Positions 30,257 to 38,695 of a stretch of DNA of 64,000 bases are shown one piece after another (within the stretch, counting starts at the first letter, position 1; each line of letters opens with the position of its first letter). Both the position numbers and the translations under genes were made by a program. The DNA is from Rhodospirillales bacterium (GTDB lineage: Bacteria > Pseudomonadota > Alphaproteobacteria > Acetobacterales > Acetobacteraceae): contig JAGWSV010000029.1 of NCBI GenBank assembly GCA_028869315.1, forward strand, positions 6,304 through 70,303, written 5' to 3'. The notes beneath the pieces are model-generated. The model did no database searches, was not told the origin of the DNA, and saw only the letters and a list, made by a program, of their open reading frames with translations.

Positions 30257-30717
30257 GTGCCGGGATGCCCGTAGACGTCGAGCAATTGCTGGCGCGCCGC
30301 CTGCATCCGCCCCACCATCACCGGCAGCAGACGCTTCATCATCTCGTAGCCCAGATGATGGTCGGCCTCGCACTTGTCGCGCAGGCAGGCGGCATCGATC
30401 CCGAACGCGCGGGTCGCCGCCACCGCGCGGGCGTCGAAGTTCCAGCGATACGGCGGCACCAGCCACGACGCGCCGACGATCTCTCCGGCGCCCAGGGTGC
30501 CGATCACCAGGGGCGGGCGGCCGGGCACGTGCAGCTCCAGCGCCACGTTGCCTTCGCGGACCAGAAAGAACTCGTTAGCCGGCTCGTTCTCGCGGAACAG
30601 AAACTCGCCCGGCGCGAATCGAAGGTTGCGGGCGCAGCCGACCAGGATGCGGCCGATCGCCGGGTCGAGGTCGGTGAAGAACGGGTGGCCCAGCAGCAGG
30701 CGTTCAAGGGTTTCCAT
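30253..30717 (-). CDS. Stand-alone cyclic-nucleotide-binding (CAP effector-type) domain protein
   Basis: [49 protein letters not shown]...GAGEIVG is a cNMP-binding beta-barrel pattern. No HTH follows. The ATG at 30717 comes after GGGGAA. An alternative ATG lies at 30741. Confidence 0.75.
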   Translation of the reverse strand: METLERLLLGHPFFTDLDPAIGRILVGCARNLRFAPGEFLFRENEPANEFFLVREGNVALELHVPGRPPLVIGTLGAGEIVGASWLVPPYRWNFDARAVAATRAFGIDAACLRDKCEADHHLGYEMMKRLLPVMVGRMQAARQQLLDVYGHPGT

Positions 30718-31888
30718 GCGACGTTCCCCGCTTGGTGCCATGCGCGGCGGGATCGGCGCGGATCGCCGCCGCTTCCGCCGTGATGTCGATGCCCACCGGG
30801 CACCAGGTGATGCAGCGCCCGCAGCCGACGCAGCCGGAGGTGCCGAACTGGTCGATCCAGTGCGCCAGCTTGTGCGTCATCCACTGCCGGTAGCGCGATT
30901 TCGTGCTGCTGCGCACCGACCCGCCATGGATGTACGAGAAATCGGCAGTGAAGCAGGAATCCCAGTGCCGCACCCGCTCCGCCTCCTGGCCGGCGAGGTC
31001 GGTGTGGTCGGTAACGGTGGTGCAGAAGCAGGTCGGGCAGACCATGGTGCAGTTGGCACAGGCGAGGCACCGGCTCGCCACCTCGTCCCAGCGCGGATGC
31101 TCGGGATGGTCCTGCAGCAACGATTTCAGCCCGACCGTGTCCATGGTCCGGCCCATGCTCGCGGCGGTACGCGCCACCACCGCCTCAGCCGCAGCGATAT
31201 CCGCGGCACCGGCGGGCCGGGTCGGCAGGCCGGCGAGCAGCGCGGCGCCGGCCTCGCTACCGGCTTCCATGAGGAAGTCGTGCCGCGTGCCGCCGATCAG
31301 TTCGGTCAGCGCCAGATCGAACCCCGCCTCCGCCCGCGGGCCGGTTTCCATCGAAGCGCAGAAGCAGGTGCCGCCCGCGGTGCCGCAGTTCACCGCGACG
31401 ACGAAGGCGCCGCGCCGCCGCGCTTCATACCCTGTATCCTTGTGCGCGCCGCCCATGAACACGCGATCCTGAATGGCGATCGCATGCAGTTCGCAGGCGC
31501 GCACACCGATGAAGGCCAAGCGGGACGGCGGCGCCGGCTCGGGTTCGATGGCGAACCCGTCCTCCCGGCGGCGCGCGCGCCACAGCCGCTCCTGCGGCGG
31601 ATGCAGGAACTGCTTCCAGGAGTGCGGACCGACGGCGTAGCCGAACAACGCGGCGTCGCTGCGCCGCTCCAGCCCGTAGGTCCCGCCGTCCTGACGATCG
31701 GTCCAGCCGGCCGGCAGCTCCTCGATCCGGCGCAGCCGGTCATAGACGATGGCGCCGTCGCGCGCGCGCGGCCCGATCACCTCGAACCCGCACGCGGCGA
31801 GCGCGTCGATCAGGTCCTGCAAGGCCGGGCGGGGCAGCAGGACGCGCGCGCCGAGCAGGACCGAAGGCTGCGTCCTGGGCTCTGGCAT
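30704..31888 (-). CDS. Hydrogenase beta subunit, a 4Fe-4S dicluster protein (AsrA/HydB-like)
   Basis: [10 protein letters not shown] and two ferredoxin-type clusters ([28 protein letters not shown]) are present. The ATG at 31888 is preceded by AAGGAGGAG. An alternative ATG lies at 31906. Confidence 0.85.
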   Translation of the reverse strand: MPEPRTQPSVLLGARVLLPRPALQDLIDALAACGFEVIGPRARDGAIVYDRLRRIEELPAGWTDRQDGGTYGLERRSDAALFGYAVGPHSWKQFLHPPQERLWRARRREDGFAIEPEPAPPSRLAFIGVRACELHAIAIQDRVFMGGAHKDTGYEARRRGAFVVAVNCGTAGGTCFCASMETGPRAEAGFDLALTELIGGTRHDFLMEAGSEAGAALLAGLPTRPAGAADIAAAEAVVARTAASMGRTMDTVGLKSLLQDHPEHPRWDEVASRCLACANCTMVCPTCFCTTVTDHTDLAGQEAERVRHWDSCFTADFSYIHGGSVRSSTKSRYRQWMTHKLAHWIDQFGTSGCVGCGRCITWCPVGIDITAEAAAIRADPAAHGTKRGTSHGNP

Positions 31889-31912
31889 CGCTGGCTCCTC
31901 CTTCATCTCCCG

Positions 31913-34492
31913 CTATTCCTGCCAGCGGATAAGCGGCAACTCGACCGGCACCCGCGCTTCGGGGTGATAGGGCAGGATGCGAACAGTGAAGTCGGTGCGC
32001 GGGCGCGCGGTGGCGACCCGGCCGGTATAGGTGTAGCCGTTCACGGCCCCGGCGACCGGCCCGCCGCGGTCGAGCGGGATCGCCTGCGGCGGCGTGTCCG
32101 GCCCGGCATCAGCGTACAGCTCGACCCGGATATCCGCGGCGTCCACCTCGCCGAGATAGACCGGAACGCAGAACGACCAGCCGTCCTCCTCCGCGGTCGC
32201 GTCGGAGCGGCCGATATGCAGGCTCTTCCAGCCGTGGTGCAGCCGGCGTTCCCATTGCCGCAGCGCCTTCGCCACCGCCGCCCCGTCCGCCAGCCGCCGC
32301 CGCACCGCCGCCGCGGCCGGCAGGTACGCCTGGTCGAGGTAATCACGCAGCATACGGGTCGCGCTGAATTGCGGAGAGAGCCGCGCCATGCTCTGCCGCA
32401 CCCGCGTCAGCCAGGCGCGCGGGATACCGGCGGCATCGCGATCGTAGAACGCCGGCAGGACCTGCTGTTCCAGCCGCGCGTATAGCTCCGCCGCATCGAC
32501 GTCGTCCTGCGTCCGCTCGTCCGGCTGGGTGGTGGTGCCGATCGCCCAGCCCAGCTCCGGATCGAAGGCCTCCGCCCACCAGCCGTCGAGCTCGGAGAGA
32601 TTGAGCCCGCCGTTCACCAGCACCTTCATCCCGCTGGTGCCGCATGCCTCCCACGGACGGCGCGGCGTGTTGATCCAGACATCGACGCCCTGCACCATCT
32701 CCTGCGCCAGGGCGATGTCGTAATCCTCCAGGAATACGACCCGGTGCCAGAGGCTCGGGTGCTCGGTGAAGGCGACCCATTCCTGGATCATCTGCTTGCC
32801 CTGCACGTCCGCCGGATGCGCCTTGCCGGCGACCACCAGCTGCACCGGGCGCTGCGGATCGTTGAGCAGCCGTTCCAGCCGGGCGCGGTCGCGCAGCAGC
32901 AGGTTCGGCCGCTTATAGGCGGTGAAGCGGCGGGCGAAGCCGAGGGTGAGAAGGTTCGGATCGAGCACGCTTTCCGCCCGGCTCGCCACGGCGGGGCCGT
33001 AGCCGCGCACGCCAAGCTGCTTGCCCAGCCGGCGGCGGACCGCTTCCACGAGCTGCAGCCGTCCCTTGGCGCGCATCTCCCACAACACGTCGTCCCCGAC
33101 CGTGGCGATCGCCGCCTGCAGCGGCTCGGCCATCTGCCGCCACCGCTCCTTGCCGCCGGCCTGGGTGAAGATCGCGTCCGCTGCGCGGGAATCCCAGGTC
33201 GGCATGTGCACGCCGTTGGTCACGTGCCCGACCGGAACCTCGTGGCGCGGCCAGCGGGGAAATAGCCGCTGGAAGATGTCCCGGCTCACCGCCCCGTGCA
33301 GCGCGCTGACCGCGAAGCTGGCATAGGCGCCGCGCAGCGCCAGGAAGGCCATGTTGAACGGCTCGGCGACGGTCCCGCCGGTCAGCGCCAGCGCGGTCAG
33401 CCCGATGGCGTCGGCCTGCGGCCCCATCACGGCGTGGCGGTACTGGCCGGAGATGGAAATCGGGAACCGGTCGAATCCCGCCGCGACGGGGGTGTGGGTG
33501 GTGAAGATATTGCCCGCCCGGGTGGCCCACAGGGCGTCGTCGAAGCTGATGCCCGTGCGTTCGGAGAGGCTGCGCGCCCGCTCCAGCACCGCGAAGGCGG
33601 CGTGGCCTTCGTTCAGATGGCAGATCTCGATCTCCGGATGGATCGCCTCCACCAGCCGCCAGCCGCCGATGCCGAGTACGATCTCCTGCAGCATGCGCAG
33701 CTCGGTCCCGCCGCCGTAGAGCTTGCTGGTGATACCGCGATCGACCGGGCTGTTGAGCGGATCGTTGCTGTCCAGCAAATAGAGCACGGTGCGGCCGACG
33801 CCGGCGCGCCAGACCCGCAGCCGCAACGTCCGCCCTGGCAGCGCCACGGTGACGTGCCGGCGCGCGCCGGTATCGTCGAGCACCGGCTCCACCGGCATCA
33901 TCGCCGGTTCGTTGTACGGATAGGCGTCCTGCTGCCAGCCGGCGGCGTCGATCATCTGCCGGAAGTAGCCTTCCTGGTACAGCAGGCCGATGCCGATCGC
34001 CGGAATGCCGAGATCGCTCGCGGTCTTCATGAAATCGCCCGCCAGCACGCCCAGCCCGCCGGCATAGAGCGGCAGCGCCTCGCCGAGGCCGAACTCCATG
34101 CAGAAGAACGCGACCCCGCCGAGCGCCTTGGTGTCATAGGTCTCCGCGAACCAGCCGGTCGCCTGCAGATACGTGCGGCGTTCGGCGGCAAGCTCGTCGA
34201 GATGGGTCACGAAGCCGCGGTCGGCGGCCAGTTCGGCCAGCCTGGTGCCGGGAACGTCCTCGAGCAGCGCCCAGGGATTGTGGGTGCGCTCCCACAGCGC
34301 CGGATCGATCTGTGCCCAGAGCGCGTCGGCGCGATGACTCCAGGTCCAGCGCAGGTCGAGCGCGAGGTCGCGCAATGCGGCAAGCTCAGGCGGCAGCGGC
34401 AGACCCCGGCAGGGCGTCATCGTCGGCTCCGGCGACGCGGCCTGCCCTGGGAGAAACCGCGGCTGGGACGGGTTCGCCGCTGCGCCGCTCAT
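31913..34492 (-). CDS. glgP: Alpha-glucan phosphorylase (GT35, GlgP family)
   Basis: LDLRWTWSH, LNEGHAAF and GTSGMKVLVNGGLNLSELDGWWAE motifs are present. The start is uncertain. An alternative ATG lies at 34420. Confidence 0.88.
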   Translation of the reverse strand: MSGAAANPSQPRFLPGQAASPEPTMTPCRGLPLPPELAALRDLALDLRWTWSHRADALWAQIDPALWERTHNPWALLEDVPGTRLAELAADRGFVTHLDELAAERRTYLQATGWFAETYDTKALGGVAFFCMEFGLGEALPLYAGGLGVLAGDFMKTASDLGIPAIGIGLLYQEGYFRQMIDAAGWQQDAYPYNEPAMMPVEPVLDDTGARRHVTVALPGRTLRLRVWRAGVGRTVLYLLDSNDPLNSPVDRGITSKLYGGGTELRMLQEIVLGIGGWRLVEAIHPEIEICHLNEGHAAFAVLERARSLSERTGISFDDALWATRAGNIFTTHTPVAAGFDRFPISISGQYRHAVMGPQADAIGLTALALTGGTVAEPFNMAFLALRGAYASFAVSALHGAVSRDIFQRLFPRWPRHEVPVGHVTNGVHMPTWDSRAADAIFTQAGGKERWRQMAEPLQAAIATVGDDVLWEMRAKGRLQLVEAVRRRLGKQLGVRGYGPAVASRAESVLDPNLLTLGFARRFTAYKRPNLLLRDRARLERLLNDPQRPVQLVVAGKAHPADVQGKQMIQEWVAFTEHPSLWHRVVFLEDYDIALAQEMVQGVDVWINTPRRPWEACGTSGMKVLVNGGLNLSELDGWWAEAFDPELGWAIGTTTQPDERTQDDVDAAELYARLEQQVLPAFYDRDAAGIPRAWLTRVRQSMARLSPQFSATRMLRDYLDQAYLPAAAAVRRRLADGAAVAKALRQWERRLHHGWKSLHIGRSDATAEEDGWSFCVPVYLGEVDAADIRVELYADAGPDTPPQAIPLDRGGPVAGAVNGYTYTGRVATARPRTDFTVRILPYHPEARVPVELPLIRWQE

Positions 34493-34535
34493 GCCACGCA
34501 CCCGCTCGTCCCGGGTCTGTCGGGGGCCTTTCCCA

Positions 34536-36170
34536 TCAGTCGGCAGCCTCCGCCCAGTCCGGCGCGGCGCGACCCGCCCCGGACCAGCGGACCGCGGGCC
34601 GCAGCGCCGGGGGCCTGCCGCCGTTATCACCCGATATGGGGCCGGGACGCGGCCGTGTCTGCGTCTCCGGGGTCACCAGATCGCCATACAATGCCAGGTA
34701 GCGGCGGGCCGACATCTCCCAGCCGAAATCCCGCTGCATCGCGGCGCGCTGGCAGCGCCGCCAGGCGACCGGGTCGCGGAACAGGGTGCCGGCCCGGCGC
34801 AGGCAGTCCGCCAGGGCTTCGGGCGTCGGGTCCGAGAACGCGAAGCCGGTGCCGCAAGCGCGGTCCGGATGCGCGGTGGCGATATCGGTCACGCTGTCCG
34901 CCAGCCCGCCGACGGCGCGGGTGACCGGCAGCGCGCCGTAGCGCATCGCATACATCGTGGTGAGCCCGCAGGGCTCGAAGCGCGACGGGGTCAGGGCAAT
35001 GTCCGCCGCGCCGTTCAGCCGATGCGCCAGCGGCTCCTCGTAGCCGATGCGCACCGCGCAGCGTGCGGCGCGGCCGGCGGCGGCGGCCAGGAGCGCGGCC
35101 TCCAGTTCCGGATCGCCCTGGCCGTGCAGCGCGACCTGTGCCCCCTGGTCGAGCAGCGCCGGTAGCGCCTGCAGGATCACGTCGGCCATCTTCTGGTGCG
35201 TCAGCCGGTTCACGCCCACGACGAGCGGCCCGTCCGCATCGGGGTCGAGCCCGAGTTCCTCGCGCAGCGCCGCCTTGTCGGCCTGCTTGCCGGCCAAGTG
35301 ATCAACATCGAAGCGCACCGGCAGGCTGGCATCGGCGGCGGGGTTCCACAGCAGGGTGTCGATGCCGTTCAGGATCCCCACCAGATCGCCGGCGCGGGTC
35401 CGCAGCAGCCCGTCGAGCCCGGCGCCGAACGCAGGCGTAAGGATTTCCCGCGCATAAGTCGGGCTGACCGTGGTCAGCCGGTCGGCATAGCGGATCCCCG
35501 CCTTGAGACAGGAGAATTGGCCATAGAACTCGGCGCCGTCTGGCGTCAGCAGCGCCTCCGGCAGGCCCTGCGCACGGGCCGCGTCGAGGGGGAAATTTCC
35601 CTGGAAGGCCAGGTTGTGGATGGTGAACAGGCTGGCTGGGCGCGGCCCGGGGTGCAGCGCCAGCAAGGCCGGCAGCAGGCCGGTGTGCCAGTCATGCGCG
35701 TGCACCAGGTCGGGCTGCCAGCCGCTGCCGTCGCCGCTCCGCGCCACCTGCGCGGCCACCGCGCAGAAGCTGGCGAAGCGACGCAGATTGTCCGGCCAGT
35801 CCTGCTTGCCGCTGTCCTGGTAGGGGCCGCCGGGGCGGCGGAACAGTTCCGGCCAGTCGAGCAGGTAGACCGGCAGGCCGGTATCGGGCGTGCGTGCCAG
35901 CAGGAGGCATGCGCCATCCGCCAACCGTGCCACCGTCCGCTTGTCGCACGCCGCATCCAGTGCCGAAACATACCCAGGCAACATGGCGCGGACATCCGCT
36001 CCGAGCCGCTCCAGCGATGCCGGCAGCGCCGCGCAGGCGTCGCCGAGGCCGCCCGTCTTCGCCAGCGGAAACAGCTCCGAGGCCACGAACAAAACGCGCA
36101 GCCGATGCCCCGGCGCGCCGCCCTGCATGGCGTCCATCCTGTCCCCCCGGTCCGGTACCACCATCTCCAT
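34536..36170 (-). CDS. glgA: Glycogen synthase
   Basis: LRVLFVASELFPLAKTGGLGD is the N-terminal signature, and the protein has a GT5 C-terminal half. About 50 aa of Pro/Arg/Gly-rich tail follow the usual end. The start could also be the MDAMQ Met. Confidence 0.9.
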   Translation of the reverse strand: MEMVVPDRGDRMDAMQGGAPGHRLRVLFVASELFPLAKTGGLGDACAALPASLERLGADVRAMLPGYVSALDAACDKRTVARLADGACLLLARTPDTGLPVYLLDWPELFRRPGGPYQDSGKQDWPDNLRRFASFCAVAAQVARSGDGSGWQPDLVHAHDWHTGLLPALLALHPGPRPASLFTIHNLAFQGNFPLDAARAQGLPEALLTPDGAEFYGQFSCLKAGIRYADRLTTVSPTYAREILTPAFGAGLDGLLRTRAGDLVGILNGIDTLLWNPAADASLPVRFDVDHLAGKQADKAALREELGLDPDADGPLVVGVNRLTHQKMADVILQALPALLDQGAQVALHGQGDPELEAALLAAAAGRAARCAVRIGYEEPLAHRLNGAADIALTPSRFEPCGLTTMYAMRYGALPVTRAVGGLADSVTDIATAHPDRACGTGFAFSDPTPEALADCLRRAGTLFRDPVAWRRCQRAAMQRDFGWEMSARRYLALYGDLVTPETQTRPRPGPISGDNGGRPPALRPAVRWSGAGRAAPDWAEAAD

Positions 36171-36375
36171 TCAACCGGTTAGGGCGCGCCGGGCAGGTTG
36201 TCATTGATACGGATCAAGCCCGGCGCGCGATTATGATGCCAATGGGCCCGTTCCTCGCCGCTATCGGCGCCGACGGCGGCCGATAGCGCCGGGTTGATCG
36301 CTGATCCGCGCGGATGCGGCGTTGGTTGCAAACCGCAGGATACGCGCCCGCGCCTGGTTCCGAGGCCGGCGCGGA

Positions 36376-38592
36376 TCACGGCTCGGTGTCCGCCGGCGCG
36401 GCGCGGGCGGCGGCGATGTCAGCCGCGATCGCGCGCAACAGCCGGTCCTCGGCCAGCGCCTCCAGCGGCAGGCGATAGCGGTGTCGCCAGTTCGGTTTTG
36501 CATCGATAACGCCGGGGCGGTTGATCTGCTCCGTCTCCGCCAGCAGGTCGCCCAGATTGGCGAGCACCAGCGCCGCCGGGCTGCTGGCCAAAAACCGGTG
36601 GAGGGCGCGCAGCAGCGCCGCGATCGCGTCGGGATCGTCGGTCGCCTCGACCGCGGGAGATTCTGTCGCCTCGACCGCGGGAGATTCTGTCGCCTCGACC
36701 GCGGGAGATTCTGTCGCCTCGACCGCAGACTCATCGGTCGCCGCCACCACCTCGCCATCCGACACCAGGCCGCGATCACGCAGCGCGGCCAGCAGCAGCA
36801 CGCGGTCCTGCGCGCGTCGGACCGCATCGGCGTCCGCGCCCGGCCCGGGCGGGAGATCGCAGCCCTGCCACCAGCCGCGCACGGTCGGCAGGTCGTGGGT
36901 GCCGAACGCGGCCAGCGCCCGGCCCGGATAGGTGCCGGGCCGGCGGAACAGCCCGTTCGGCCAGCGCTCGAACAGCATCAGCCGACAGGACAGCAGCCCA
37001 GCCGCCGCCATGTGCTCATGGAACCCATCCGGCAGGGTGCCGAGATCCTCGCCCACCAGCAGGCAGCGATTGCGGTGGCTCTCCAGCGCGAGGATGCCAA
37101 GCAGGTCGTCGCGCGGATAGCGCAGATAGGCACCCTCCCGCGCCGAACCGCCCGACGCGACGACATAGAGCCGTTCCAGCCCCATCACGTGGTCGATCCG
37201 CAGCGCCGTCGCATGGCGCATATTGGCCCGGACGGCGGCGACGTAGCTGCCGTAGGCGCCGGCGCGCAGCGCCACCGGGTCGGGTGGCGGCAGGCCCCAG
37301 TTCTGGCCCTCAGGATTGAACGCGTCCGGCGGGGCGCCGAACCGCGCCGCCGTCAGGAACTGGCCGGGATCGTCCCAGACATCGGCGCCGTCCGGATGCA
37401 CGCCGATCGCAAGATCGCGATAGAGCCGGGCCGCGCCCGCGTCCGCCGCCACGGCGGCAAGCTGGCGGTCGGCGATCCATTGCAGCCAGACGTGATACGC
37501 GCTCCGGTCCCTGTGTTCGCGCCGGAACGCCGCGATCCCCGGCGCGGCCGGACCGCGCAGGGCCGTCGGCCAGTCGTGCCAGGGGCGCGGGGCAAAGGCC
37601 TCGGCAAGCGCGGTGAACAGCGCGAACCGCTCCAGCGCCGCCCCGCCGTCGCGGCGGAACGCGTCGAGATCCGCCGGCACTTCCTCCCGGTTTCGCGCCT
37701 GGTACGCGGCGGCCAGCGCAGCGTGCTTGACCTCGTGGACCAGCGGATAGTCGATCCCGCGCGCCGCCTCCGGCAGGCGGCGTCCGGGCCGCGCCGCCCC
37801 GGAGCCGGCGGACGCCAGCGCCGTCACGTCGATATGCAGCGGGTTCAGGAACCGCCGGCTCGACGGCTGATAGGGGTTCGGATCGGCGATCGCGCCCGGC
37901 AGCGGCGCGTGCAGCGGGTTGAGCCCGACCAGCCGCGCGCCGAGCGTCTGCGCCAGCCGGGTCAGCCGCGCCAGGTCGGAAAAATCCCCGATCCCCCAAC
38001 TCCGCGCCGACCACAGAGCGAACAACGGGCAGCCGACCGCCCAGCCGCGCGCGCCCTCGGCCAGCCACCCCGGCAGCCAGGCCTGCGCGGGGGCCTGCAC
38101 CAGCACCGCCGCGCCGGAGCACCCTCTGGCCTCGACCTCCAGCCGGTGATACCCGAGCGGCAGGTCGGCTGGCAGGGTCACCGCCACGCGCCGGCGTCCA
38201 CCGGACCGCCCGGGCCGCTGCGCCAGCACGGCCGCGTCGGCCAGCGCCTCGACCCCGCGTCGGGCCGAGCCGTCTTCCAGCGCGATGCGCCAGGCAAGCC
38301 TCCCGGCGGCCGCGGCGTCCGAAACCACCGCCGCGACGCACGGCGCCGCGCCGTGGACTGGACGCAGCACGACGACCGGCGGCAGGATCGTGTCCCACGG
38401 TGCCTCCTCGCGCGCGGCGACGGCGTCCCGCACCGCGGCCGGGCGGTTGGCGTCGTGACCGAGCACGCTCAGCACGGCCCGGCGTGTCTCCGGACTGATC
38501 CGGCGATACGTGCCTTCGGTGTCCCGGTATCCCGGCTCGATGCCGGCAAGTTCGGCCAGACGTTCGATGGCCGCTTCGTCTCCGCCGTTCAT
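36376..38592 (-). CDS. malQ: 4-alpha-glucanotransferase (GH77 amylomaltase) with an N-terminal extension
   Basis: LHIDVTAL..., WGLPP, RIDHVMGL, VGEDLGTLP and GTHD motifs are present. The ATG at 38592 is preceded by GGAAGGAAG. Confidence 0.88.
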   Translation of the reverse strand: MNGGDEAAIERLAELAGIEPGYRDTEGTYRRISPETRRAVLSVLGHDANRPAAVRDAVAAREEAPWDTILPPVVVLRPVHGAAPCVAAVVSDAAAAGRLAWRIALEDGSARRGVEALADAAVLAQRPGRSGGRRRVAVTLPADLPLGYHRLEVEARGCSGAAVLVQAPAQAWLPGWLAEGARGWAVGCPLFALWSARSWGIGDFSDLARLTRLAQTLGARLVGLNPLHAPLPGAIADPNPYQPSSRRFLNPLHIDVTALASAGSGAARPGRRLPEAARGIDYPLVHEVKHAALAAAYQARNREEVPADLDAFRRDGGAALERFALFTALAEAFAPRPWHDWPTALRGPAAPGIAAFRREHRDRSAYHVWLQWIADRQLAAVAADAGAARLYRDLAIGVHPDGADVWDDPGQFLTAARFGAPPDAFNPEGQNWGLPPPDPVALRAGAYGSYVAAVRANMRHATALRIDHVMGLERLYVVASGGSAREGAYLRYPRDDLLGILALESHRNRCLLVGEDLGTLPDGFHEHMAAAGLLSCRLMLFERWPNGLFRRPGTYPGRALAAFGTHDLPTVRGWWQGCDLPPGPGADADAVRRAQDRVLLLAALRDRGLVSDGEVVAATDESAVEATESPAVEATESPAVEATESPAVEATDDPDAIAALLRALHRFLASSPAALVLANLGDLLAETEQINRPGVIDAKPNWRHRYRLPLEALAEDRLLRAIAADIAAARAAPADTEP
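36641..36736. repeat. 24-bp direct tandem repeat, three perfect copies plus one degenerate copy, in frame inside malQ
   Basis: The unit gtcgcctcgaccgcgggagattct occurs at 36641-36664, 36665-36688 and 36689-36712. A diverged fourth unit follows. On the minus strand it encodes (ESPAVEAT)n. Confidence 0.9.
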
Positions 38593-38695
38593 GGCCGCTT
38601 CCTTCCTGCCGACGCCACGATCGTGGCAGCGGCCCGGCGGATCGATCCGCGGCATCGCCGCCGCTCGTGTTAGACTTGTGTAAAGCGTTGCGTGT

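Noticed and set aside
36641-36736. This could have been a CRISPR-like repeat array.
   Set aside because: The 24-bp units are directly contiguous with no spacers. They lie inside the malQ reading frame, and no cas genes are present. It is a coding tandem repeat.
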